DNA of 64,000 nt from Auanema rhodensis (lineage: Eukaryota > Animalia > Nematoda). Location of the stretch: NCBI GenBank assembly GCA_964057225.1, contig OZ059894.1, positions 2,418,001-2,482,000 of the forward strand, read 5' to 3'. The position numbers and the translations under genes are program-made. Shown one piece after another: positions 42,501-56,000 of the stretch. Every line of letters starts with the position of its first letter. Position 1 is the first letter of the stretch. Below the pieces are notes generated by a model, which saw only the letters and a list, made by a program, of their open reading frames with translations, had not been told where the DNA came from and made no database searches.

Positions 42501-44924
42501 ATTTAGCAAAAAGTAGATGTTTTTAGATTCCTTTTTTCAAGGCAAAGACGATGGACATTGTTATTCAACGAAAAAATTAATTCTTCAGGGTGAAAATCGA
42601 GGATATAAGTAAGAACATATATCAGTTGATATCTCGGTGCATTTTTAAGCTAGCGCAAATCTGATAACACAGATCGACGCAGCTTAAAAATCCGCATCAA
42701 ATGCACTATACTACATTGAGAAACGTTCAATACAAAAATTAGTTATGATCGTTTGAAAAATGATGAATTAGTGTATGTTGAGTTTCCATGTACACTCAAC
42801 ATTGCTTCCAAAAACATTTTGACAAAAATTTTTTCGAGAAATTTCAAAATAATTTAGCAAAAAGTAGGTGTTTTTAGATTTCTTTGTTCAAGGCGAAGAC
42901 GATGGACATTGTTATTCAACGAAAAAATTAATTCTTCAGGGTGAAAATCGAGGATATAAGTGTGAACATATATCAGTTGATATCTCGGTGCATTTTTAAG
43001 CTAGCGCAAATCTGATAACACAGATCGACGCAGCTTAAAAATCCGCATCGAATGCACTATACTACATTGAGAAACGCTCAATACAAAAATTAGTTATGAT
43101 CGTTTGAAAAATGATGAATTAGTGTATGTTGAGTTTCCATGTACACTCAACATTGCTTCCAAAAACATTTTGACAAAAATTTTTTCGAGAAATTTCAAAA
43201 TAATTTAGCAAAAAGTAGATGTTTTTAGATTCCTTTTTTCAAGGCGAAGACGATGGACATTGTTATTCAACGAAAAAATTAATTCTTCAGGGTGAAAATC
43301 GAGGATATAAGTGTGAACTTATATCAGTTGATATCTCGGTGCATTTTTAAGCTAGCGCAAATCTGATAACACAGATCGACGCAGCTTAAAAATCCGCATC
43401 GAATGCACTATACTACATTGAGAAACGCTTAATACAAAAATTAGTTATGATCGTTTGAAAAATGATGCATTAGTGTATGTTGAGTTTCCATGTACACTCA
43501 ACATTGCTTCCAAAAACATTTTGACAAAAATTTTTTCGAAAAATTTCGAAATAATTTAGCAAAAAGTAGATGTTTTTAGATTCCTTTTTTCAAGGCAAAG
43601 ACGATGGACATTGTTATTCAACGAAAAAATCAATTCTTCAGGGTGAAAATCGAGGATCTAAGTGTGAACTTATATCAGTTGATATCTCGGTGCATTTTTA
43701 AGCTAGCGCAAATCTGATAACACAGATCGACGCAGCTTCAAAATCCGCATCGAATGCACTATACTACATTGAGAAACGCTCAATACAAAATGTAGTTATG
43801 ATCGTTTGAAAAATGATGCATTAGTGTATGTTGAGTTTCCATGTACACTCAACATTGCTTCCAAAAACATTTTGACAAAAATTTTTTCGAAAAATTTCAA
43901 AATAATTTAGCAAGAAGTAGATGTTTTTAGATTCCTTTTTTCAAGGCAAAGACGATGGACAATGTTATTCAACGAAAAAATAATTTCTTCAGGGTGAAAA
44001 TCGAGGATATAAGTGTGAACTTATATCAGTTGATATCTCGGTGCATTTTTAAGCTAGCGCAAATCTGATAACACAGATCGACGCAGCTTAAAAATCCGCA
44101 TCAAATGCACTATACTACATTGAGAAACGCTCAATACAAAAATTAGTTATGATCGTTTGAAAAATGATGAATTAGTGTATGTTGAGTTTCCATGTACACT
44201 CAACATTGCTTCCAAAAACATTTTGACAAAAATTTTTTCGAGAAATTTCAAAATAATTTAGCAAAAAGTAGATGTTTTTAGATTCCTTTTTTCAAGGCAA
44301 AGACGATGGACATTGTTATTCAACGAAAAAATTAATTCTTCACGGTGAAAATCGAGGATATAAGTGTGAACTTATATCAGTTGATATCTCGGTGCATTTT
44401 TAAGCTAGCGCAAATCTGATAACACAGATCGACGCAGCTTAAAAATCCGCATCAAATGCACTATACTACATTGAGAAACGCTCAATACAAAAATTAGTTA
44501 TGATCGTTTGAAAAATGATGAATTAGTGTATGTTGAGTTTCCATGTACACTCAACATTGCTTCCAAAAACATTTTGACAAAAATTTTTTCGAGAAATTTC
44601 AAAATAATTTAGCAAAAAGTAGGTGTTTTTAGATTTCTTTGTTCAAGGCGAAGACGATGGACATTGTTATTCAACGAAAAAATTAATTCTTCAGGGTGAA
44701 AATCGAGGATATAAGTGTGAACATATATCAGTTGATATCTCGGTGCATTTTTAAGCTAGCGCAAATCTGATAACACAGATCGACGCAGCTTAAAAATCCG
44801 CATCGAATGCACTATACTACATTGAGAAACGCTCAATACAAAATTTAGTTATGATCGTTTGAAAAATGATGAATTAGTGTATGTTGAGTTTCCATGTACA
44901 CTCAACATTGCTTCCAAAAACATT

Positions 44925-47030
44925 TTGACAAAAATTTTTTCGAAAAATTTTAAAATAATTTAGGAGGAAGTAGATGTTTTTAGATTCCTTTTTTTAAGGC
45001 AAAGACGATGGACATTGTTATTCAACGAAAAAATTAATTCTTCAGGGTGAAAATCGAGGATATAAGTGTGAACATATATCAGTTGATATCTCGGTGCATT
45101 TTTAAGCTAGCGCAAATCTGATAACACAGATCGACGCAGCTTAAAAATCCGCATCGAATGCACTATACTACATTGAGAAACGCTCAATACAAAAATTAGT
45201 TATGATCGTTCGAAAAATGATGCATTAGTGTATGTTGAGTTTCCATGTACACTCAACATTGCTTCCAAAAACATTTTGACAAAAATTTTTTCGAAAAATT
45301 TCAAAATAATTTAGCAAAAAGTAGATGTTTTTAGATTCCTTTTTTCAAGGCAAAGACGATGGACATTGTTATTCAACGAAAAAATTAATTCTTCACGGTG
45401 AAAATCGAGGATATAAGTGTGAACTTATATCAGTTGAAATCTCGGTGCATTTTTAAGCTAGCGCAAATCTGATAACACAGATCGACGCAGCTTAAAAATC
45501 CGCATCAAATGCACTATACTACATTGAGAAACGCTCAATACAAAAATTAGTTATGATCGTTTGAAAAATGATGAATTAGTGTATGTTGAGTTTCCATGTA
45601 CACTCAACATTGCTTCCAAAAACATTTTGACAAAAATTTTTTCGAGAAATTTCAAATTAATTTAGCAAAAAGTAGATGTTTTTAGATTCCTTTTTTCAAG
45701 GCAAAGACGATGGACATTGTTATTCAACGAAAAAATTAATTCTTCACGGTGAAAATCGAGGATATAAGTGTGAACTTATATCAGTTGATATCTCGGTGCA
45801 TTTTTAAGCTAGCGCAAATCTGATAACACAGATCGACGCAGCTTAAAAATCCGCATCAAATGCACTATACTACATTGAGAAACGCTCAATACAAAAATTA
45901 GTTATGATCGTTCGAAAAATGATGCATTAGTATATGTTGAGTTTCCATGTACACTCAACATTGCTTCCAAAAACATTTTGACAAAAATTTTTTCGAAAAA
46001 TTTTAAAATAATTTAGGAGGAAGTAGATGTTTTTAGATTCCTTTTTTTAAGGCAAAGACGATGGACATTGTTATTCAACGAAAAAATTAATTCTTCAGGG
46101 TGAAAATCGAGGATATAAGTGTGAACATATATCAGTTGATATCTCGGTGCATTTTTAAGCTAGCGCAAATCTGATAACACAGATCGACGCAGCTTAAAAA
46201 TCCGCATCGAATGCACTATACTACATTGAGAAACGCTCAATACAAAAATTAGTTATGATCGTTCGAAAAATGATGCATTAGTGTATGTTGAGTTTCCATG
46301 TACACTCAACATTGCTTCCAAAAACATTTTGACAAAAATTTTTTCGAAAAATTTCAAAATAATTTAGCAAAAAGTAGATGTTTTTAGATTCCTTTTTTCA
46401 AGGCAAAGACGATGGACATTGTTATTCAACGAAAAAATTAATTCTTCACGGTGAAAATCGAGGATATAAGTGTGAACTTATATCAGTTGAAATCTCGGTG
46501 CATTTTTAAGCTAGCGCAAATCTGATAACACAGATCGACGCAGCTTAAAAATCCGCATCAAATGCACTATACTACATTGAGAAACGCTCAATACAAAAAT
46601 TAGTTATGATCGTTTGAAAAATGATGAATTAGTGTATGTTGAGTTTCCATGTACACTCAACATTGCTTCCAAAAACATTTTGACAAAAATTTTTTCGAGA
46701 AATTTCAAATTAATTTAGCAAAAAGTAGATGTTTTTAGATTCCTTTTTTCAAGGCAAAGACGATGGACATTGTTATTCAACGAAAAAATTAATTCTTCAC
46801 GGTGAAAATCGAGGATATAAGTGTGAACTTATATCAGTTGATATCTCGGTGCATTTTTAAGCTAGCGCAAATCTGATAACACAGATCGACGCAGCTTAAA
46901 AATCCGCATCAAATGCACTATACTACATTGAGAAACGCTCAATACAAAAATTAGTTATGATCGTTCGAAAAATGATGCATTAGTATATGTTGAGTTTCCA
47001 TGTACACTCAACATTGCTTCCAAAAACATT
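44925..47030. repeat. 3-monomer duplication (period 1053 bp)
   Basis: The private variants TTAGGAGGAAG, GTTGAAATCT, TTCAAATTAA and TAGTATATG each occur twice, 1053 bp apart. Confidence 0.85.
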
Positions 47031-50000
47031 TTGACAAAAATTTTTTCGAAAAATTTCAAAATAATTTAGCAAAAAGTAGATGTTTTCAGATTCTTTCTTT
47101 CAAGGCAAAGACGATGGACAATGTTATTCAACGAAAAAATTAATTCTTCAGGGTGAAAATCGAGGATGTAAGTGTGAACTTATATCAGTTGATATCTTTG
47201 TGCATTTTCAAGCTAGCGCAAATCTGAAAACACAGATCGACGCAGCTTAAAAATCCGCATCGAATGCACTATACTACATTGAGAAACGCTCAATACAGAA
47301 ATTAGTTATGATCGTTTGAAAAATGATGCATTAGTGTATGTTGAGTTTCCATGTACACTCAACATTGCTTCCAAAAACATTTTGACAAAAATTTTTTCGA
47401 AAAATTTCAAAATAATTTAGCAAAAAGTAGATGTTTTTAGATTCCTTTTTTCAAGGCGAAGACGATGGACATTGTTATTCAACGAAAAAATTAATTCTTC
47501 AGGGTGAAAATCGAGGATATAAGTGTGAACTTATATCAGTTGATATCTCGGTGCATTTCTAAGCTAGCGCAAATCTGATAACACAGATCGACGCAGCTTA
47601 AAAATCCGCATCGAATGCACTATACTACATTGAGAAACGCTTAATACAAAAATTAGTTATGATCGTTTGAAAAATGATGCATTAGTGTATGTTGAGTTTC
47701 CATGTACACTCAACATTGCTTCCAAAAACATTTTGACAAAAATTTTTTCGAAAAATTTCAAAATAATTTAGCAAAAAAAAGATGTTTTTAGTTTCCTTTT
47801 TTCAAGGCAAAGACGATGGACGATGTTATTCAACGAAAAAATTAATTCTTCAGGGTGAAAATCGAGGATATAAGTGTGAACTTATATCAGTTGATATCTC
47901 GGTGCATTTTTAAGCTAGCGCAAATCTGCTAACACAGATCGATGCAGCTTAAAAATCCGCATCGAATGCATTATACTACATTGAGAAACGCTTAATACAA
48001 AAATTAGTTATGATCGTTCGAAAAATGATGCATTAGTGTATGTTGAGTTTCCATGTACACTCAACATTGCTTCCAAAAACATTTTGACAAAAATTTTTTC
48101 GAAAAATTTCAAAATAATTTAGCAAAAAGTAGATGTTTTCAGATTCTTTCTTTCAAGGCAAAGACGATGGACAATGTTATTCAACGAAAAAATTAATTCT
48201 TCAGGGTGAAAATCGAGGATGTAAGTGTGAACTTATATCAGTTGATATCTTTGTGCATTTTTAAGCTAGCGCAAATCTGAAAACACAGATCGACGCAGCT
48301 TAAAAATCCGCATCGAATGCACTATACTACATTGAGAAACGCTCAATACAGAAATTAGTTATGATCGTTTGAAAAATGATGCATTAGTGTATGTTGAGTT
48401 TCCATGTACACTCAACATTGCTTCCAAAAACATTTTGACAAAAATTTTTTCGAAAAATTTCATAATAATTTAGCAAAAAGTAGATGTTTTTAGATTCCTT
48501 TTTTCAAGGCGAAGACGATGGACATTGTTATTCAACGAAAAAATTAATTCTTCAGGGTGAAAATCGAGGATATAAGTGTGAACTTATATCAGTTGATATC
48601 TCGGTGCATTTTTAAGCTAGCGCAAATCTGATAACACAGATCGACGCAGCTTAAAAATCCGCATCGAATGCACTATACTACATTGAGAAACGCTCAATAC
48701 AAAAATTAGTTATGATCGTTCGAAAAATGATGCATTAGTGTATGTTGAGTTTCCATGTACACTCAACATTGCTTCCAAAAACATTTTGACAAAAATTTTT
48801 TCGAAAAATTTCAAAATAATTTAGCAAAAAGTAGATGTTTTCAGATTCTTTCTTTCAAGGCAAAGACGATGGACAATGTTATTCAACGAAAAAATTAATT
48901 CTTCAGGATGAAAATCGAGGATGTAAGTGTGAACTTATATCAGTTGATATCTTTGTGCATTTTTAAGCTAGCGCAAATCTGAAAACACAGATCGACGCAG
49001 CTTAAAAATCCGCATCGAATGCACTATGCTACATTGAGAAACGCTTAATACAAAAATTAGTTATGATCGTTTGAAAAATGATGCATTAGTGTATGTTGAG
49101 TTTCCATGTACACTCAACATTGCTTCCAAAAACATTTTGACAAAAATTTTTTCGAAAAATTTCAAAATAATTTAGCAAAAAGTAGATGTTTTTAGTTTCC
49201 TTTTTTCAAGGCAAAGACGATGGACGATGTTATTCAACGAAAAAATTAATTCTTCAGGGTGAAAATCGAGGATATAAGTGTGAACTTATATCAGTTGATA
49301 TCTCGGTGCATTTTTAAGCTAGCGCAAATCTGCTAACACAGATCGATGCAGCTTAAAAATCCGCATCGAATGCACTATACTACATTGAAAAACGCTTAAT
49401 ACAAAAATTAGTTATGATCGTTTGAAAAATGATGCATTAGTGTATGTTGAGTTTCCAGGTACACTCAACATTGCTTCCAAAAACATTTTGACAAAAATTT
49501 TTTCGAAAAATTTCAAAATAATTTAGCAAAAAGTAGATGTTTTTAGTTTCCTTTTTTCAAGGCAAAGACGATGGACGATGTTATTCAACGAAAAAATTAA
49601 TTCTTCAGGGTGAAAATCGAGGATATAAGTGTGAACTTATATCAGTTGATATCTCGGTGCATTTTTAAGCTAGCGCAAATCTGCTAACACAGATCGATGC
49701 AGCTTAAAAATCCGCATCGAATGCACTATACTACATTGAAAAACGCTTAATACAAAAATTAGTTATGATCGTTTGAAAAATGATGCATTAGTGTATGTTG
49801 AGTTTCCAGGTACACTCAACATTGCTTCCAAAAACATTTTGACAAAAATTTTTTCGAAAAATTTCAAAATAATTTAGCAAAAAGTAGATGTTTTTAGTTT
49901 CCTTTTTTCAAGGCAAAGACGATGGACGATGTTATTCAACGAAAAAATTAATTCTTCAGGGTGAAAATCGAGGATATAAGTGTGAACTTATATCAGTTGA

Positions 50001-53000
50001 TATCTCGGTGCATTTTTAAGCTAGCGCAAATCTGCTAACACAGATCGATGCAGCTTAAAAATCCGCATCGAATGCACTATACTACATTGAGAAACGCTTA
50101 ATACAAAAATTAGTTATGATCGTTTGAAAAATGATGCATTAGTGTATGTTGAGTTTCCATGTACACTCAACATTGCTTCCAAAAACATTTTGACAAAAAT
50201 TTTTTCGAAAAATTTTAAAATAATTTTGCAAAAATTAGATGTTTTCAGATTCTTTTTTTCAAGGCGAAGACGATGGACATTGTTATTCAACGAAAAAATT
50301 AATTCTTCAGGGTGAAAATCGAGGATATAAGTGTGAACTTATATCAGTTGATATCTCGGTGCATTTTTAAGCTAGCGCAAATCTGATAACACAGATCGAC
50401 GCAGCTTAAAAATCCGCATCGAATGCACTATACTACATTGAGAAACGCTCAATACAAAAATTAGTTATGATCGTTCGAAAAATGATGCATTAGTGTATGT
50501 TGAGTTTCCATGTACACTCAACATTGCTTCCAAAAACATTTTGACAAAAATTTTTTCGAAAAATTTCGAAATAATTTAGCAAAAAGTAGATGTTTTCAGA
50601 TTCTTTCTTTCAAGGCAAAGACGATGGACAATGTTATTCAACGAAAAAATTAATTCTTCAGGGTGAAAATCGAGGATGTAAGTGTGAACTTATATCAGTT
50701 GATATCTTTGTGCATTTTTAAGCTAGCGCAAATCTGAAAACACAGATCGACGCAGCTTAAAAATCCGCATCGAATGCACTATACTACATTGAGAAACGCT
50801 CAATACAGAAATTAGTTATGATCGTTTGAAAAATGATGCATTAGTGTATGTTGAGTTTCCATGTACACTCAACATTGCTTCCAAAAACATTTTGACAAAA
50901 ATTTTTTCGAAAAATTTCAAAATAATTTAGCAAAAAGTAGATGTTTTTAGATTCCTTTTTTCAAGGCGAAGACGATGGACATTGTTATTCAACGAAAAAA
51001 TTAATTCTTCAGGGTGAAAATCGAGGATATAAGTGTGAACTTATATCAGTTGATATCTCGGTGCATTTCTAAGCTAGCGCAAATCTGATAACACAGATCA
51101 ACGCAGCTTAAAAATCCGCATCGAATGCACTATACTACATTGAGAAACGCTTAATACAAAAATTAGTTATGATCGTTTGAAAAATGATGCATTAGTGTAT
51201 GTTGAGTTTCCATGTACACTCAACATTGCTTCCAAAAACATTTTGACAAAAATTTTTTCGAAAAATTTCAAAATAATTTAGCAAAAAGTAGATGTTTTTA
51301 GTTTTCTTTTTTCAAGGGAAAGACGATGGACGATGTTATTCAACGAAAAAATTAATTATTCAGGGTGAAAATCGAGGATATAAGTGTGAACTTATATCAG
51401 TTGATATCTCGGTGCATTTTTAAGCTAGCGCAAATCTGCTAACACAGATCGATGCAGCTTAAAAATCCGCATCGAATGCACTATACTACATTGAGAAACG
51501 CTTAATACAAAAATTAGTTATGATCGTTTGAAAAATGATGCATTAGTGTATGTTGAGTTTCCATGTACACTCAACATTGCTTCCAAAAACATTTTGACAA
51601 AAATTTTTTCGAAAAATTTTAAAATAATTTTGCAAAAATTAGATGTTTTCAGATTCTTTTTTTCAAGGCAAAGACGATGGACAATTTTATTCAACGAAAA
51701 AATTAATTCTTCAGGGTGAAAATCGAGGATGTAAGTGTGAACTTATATCAGTTGATATCTTAGTGCATTTTTAAGCTAGCGCAAATCTGAAAACACAGAT
51801 CGACGCAGCTTAAAAATCCGCATCGAATGCACTATACTACATTGAGAAACGCTCAATACAGAAATTAGTTATGATCGTTTGAAAAATGATGCATTAGTGT
51901 ATGTTGAGTTTCCATGTACACTCAACATTGCTTCCAAAAACATTTTGACAAAAATTTTTTCGAAAAATTTTAAAATAATTTTGCAAAAATTAGATGTTTT
52001 CAGATTCTTTTTTTCAAGGCAAAGACGATGGACAATTTTATTCAACGAAAAAATTAATTCTTCAGGGTGAAAATCGAGGATATAAGTGTGAACTTATATC
52101 AGTTGATATCTCGGTGCATTTTTAAGCTAGCGCAAATCTGATAACACAGATCGACGCAGCTTAAAAATCCGCATCGAATGCACTATACTACATTGAGAAA
52201 CGCTCAATACAAAAATTAGTTATGATCGTTCGAAAAATGATGCATTAGTGTATGTTGAGTTTCCATGTACACTCAACATTGCTTCCAAAAACATTTTGAC
52301 AAAAATTTTTTCGAAAAATTTCAAAATAATTTAGCAAAAAGTAGATGTTTTCAGATTCTTTCTTTCAAGGCAAAGACGATGGACAATGTTATTCAACGAA
52401 AAAATTAATTCTTCAGGGTGAAAATCGAGGATGTAAGTGTGAACTTATATCAGTTGATATCTTAGTGCATTTTTAAGCTAGCGCAAATCTGAAAACACAG
52501 ATCGACGCAGCTTAAAAATCCGCATCGAATGCACTATACTACATTGAGAAACGCTCAATACAGAAATTAGTTATGATCGTTTGAAAAATGATGCATTAGT
52601 GTATGTTGAGTTTCCATGTACACTCAACATTGCTTCCAAAAACATTTTGACAAAAATTTTTTCGAAAAATTTTAAAATAATTTTGCAAAAATTAGATGTT
52701 TTCAGATTCTTTTTTTCAAGGCAAAGACGATGGACAATTTTATTCAACGAAAAAATTAATTCTTCAGGGTGAAAATCGAGGATATAAGTGTGAACTTATA
52801 TCAGTTGATATCTCGGTGCATTTTTAAGCTAGCGCAAATCTGATAACACAGATCGACGCAGCTTAAAAATCCGCATCGAATGCACTATACTACATTGAGA
52901 AACGCTCAATACAAAAATTAGTTATGATCGTTCGAAAAATGATGCATTAGTGTATGTTGAGTTTCCATGTACACTCAACATTGCTTCCAAAAACATTTTG

Positions 53001-56000
53001 ACAAAAATTTTTTCGAAAAATTTCAAAATAATTTAGCAAAAAGTAGATGTTTTCAGATTCTTTCTTTCAAGGCAAAGACGATGGACAATGTTATTCAACG
53101 AAAAAATTAATTCTTCAGGGTGAAAATCGAGGATGTAAGTGTGAACTTATATCAGTTGATATCTTAGTGCATTTTTAAGCTAGCGCAAATCTGAAAACAC
53201 AGATCGACGCAGCTTAAAAATCCGCATCGAATGCACTATACTACATTGAGAAACGCTCAATACAGAAATTAGTTATGATCGTTTGAAAAATGATGCATTA
53301 GTGTATGTTGAGTTTCCATGTACACTCAACATTGCTTCCAAAAACATTTTGACAAAAATTTTTTCGAAAAATTTCAAAATAATTTAGCAAAAAGTAGATG
53401 TTTTTAGATTCCTTTTTTCAAGGCGAAGACGATGGACATTGTTATTCAACGAAAAAATTAATTCTTCAGGGTGAAAATCGAGGATATAAGTGTGAACTTA
53501 TATCAGTTGATATCTCGGTGCATTTCTAAGCTAGCGCAAATCTGATAACACAGATCGACGCAGCTTAAAAATCCGCATCGAATGCACTATACTACATTGA
53601 GAAACGCTTAATACAAAAATTAGTTATGATCGTTTGAAAAATGATGCATTAGTGTATGTTGAGTTTCCATGTACACTCAACATTGCTTCCAAAAACATTT
53701 TGACAAAAATTTTTTCGAAAAATTTCAAAATAATTTAGCAAAAAGTAGATGTTTTTAGTTTCCTTTTTTCAAGGCAAAGACGATGGACGATGTTATTCAA
53801 CGAAAAAATTAATTCTTCAGGGTGAAAATCGAGGATATAAGTGTGAACTTATATCAGTTGATATCTCGGTGCATTTTTAAGCTAGCGCAAATCTGCTAAC
53901 ACAGATCGATGCAGCTTAAAAATCCGCATCGAATGCACTATACTACATTGAGAAACGCTTAATACAAAAATTAGTTATGATCGTTTGAAAAATGATGCAT
54001 TAGTGTATGTTGAGTTTCCATGTACACTCAACATTGCTTCCAAAAACATTTTGACAAAAATTTTTTCGAAAAATTTTAAAATAATTTTGCAAAAATTAGA
54101 TGTTTTCAGATTCTTTTTTTCAAGGCGAAGACGATGGACATTGTTATTCAACGAAAAAATTAATTCTTCAGGGTGAAAATCGAGGATATAAGTGTGAATT
54201 TATATCAGTTGATATCTCGGTGCATTTCTAAGCTAGCGCAAATCTGATAACACAGATCGACGCAGCTTAAAAATCCGCATCGAATGCACTTTACTACATT
54301 GAGAAACGCTTAATACAAAAATTAGTTATGATCGTTTGAAAAATGATGCATTAGTGTATGTTGAGTTTCCATGTACACTCAACATTGCTTCCAAAAACAT
54401 TTTGACAAAAATTTTTTCGAAAAATTTCAAAATAATTTAGCAAAAAGTAGATGTTTTTAGTTTCCTTTTTTCAAGGCAAAGACGATGGACGATGTTATTC
54501 AACGAAAAAATTAATTCTTCAGGGTGAAAATCGAGGATATAAGTGTGAACTTATATCAGTTGATATCTCGGTGCATTTTTAAGCTAGCGCAAATCTGCTA
54601 ACACAGATCGATGCAGCTTAAAAATCCGCATCGAATGCACTATACTACATTGAGAAACGCTTAATACAAAAATTAGTTATGATCGTTTGAAAAATGATGC
54701 ATTAGTGTATGTTGAGTTTCCATGTACACTCAACATTGCTTCCAAAAACATTTTGACAAAAATTTTTTCGAAAAATTTTAAAATAATTTTGCAAAAATTA
54801 GATGTTTTCAGATTTTTTTTTTCAAGGCGAAGACGATGGACATTGTTATTCAACGAAAAAATTAATTCTTCAGGGTGAAAATCGAGGATATAAGTGTGAA
54901 CATATATCAGTTGATATCTCGGTGCATTTTTAAGCTAGCGCAAATCTGATAACACAGACCGACGCAGCTTAAAAATCCGCATCGAATGCACTATTCTACA
55001 TTGAGAAACGCTCAATACAAAAATTAGTTATGATCGTTTGAAAAATGATGCATTAGTGTATGTTGAGTTTCCATGTACAATCAACATTGCTTCCAAAAAC
55101 ATTTTGACAAAAATTTTTTCGAAAAATTTCAAAACAATTTAGCAAAAAGTAGATGTTTTTAGATTCCTTTTTTCAAGGCAAAGACGATGGACGATGTTAT
55201 TCAACGAAAAAATTAATTCTTCAGGGTGAAAATCGAGGATATAAGTGTGAACTTATATCAGTTGATATCTCGGTGCATTTTTAAGCTAGCGCAAATCTGC
55301 TAACACAGATCGATGCAGCTTAAAAATCCGCATCGAATGCACTATACTACATTGAGAAACGCTTAATACAAAAATTAGTTATGATCGTTTGAAAAATGAT
55401 GCATTAGTGTATGTTGAGTTTCCATGTACACTCAACATTGCTTCCAAAAACATTTTGACAAAAATTTTTTCGAAAAATTTTAAAATAATTTTGCAAAAAT
55501 TAGATGTTTTCAGATTTTTTTTTTCAAGGCGAAGACGATGGACATTGTTATTCAACGAAAAAATTAATTCTTCAGGGTGAAAATCGAGGATATAAGTGTG
55601 AACATATATCAGTTGATATCTCGGTGCATTTTTAAGCTAGCGCAAATCTGATAACACAGACCGACGCAGCTTAAAAATCCGCATCGAATGCACTATTCTA
55701 CATTGAGAAACGCTCAATACAAAAATTAGTTATGATCGTTTGAAAAATGATGCATTAGTGTATGTTGAGTTTCCATGTACAATCAACATTGCTTCCAAAA
55801 ACATTTTGACAAAAATTTTTTCGAAAAATTTCAAAACAATTTAGCAAAAAGTAGATGTTTTTAGATTCCTTTTTTCAAGGCAAAGACGATGGACGATGTT
55901 ATTCAACGAAAAAATTAATTCTTCAGGGTGAAAATCGAGAATATAAGTGTGAACTTATATCAGTTGATATCTCGGTGCATTTTTAAGCTAGCGCAAATCT

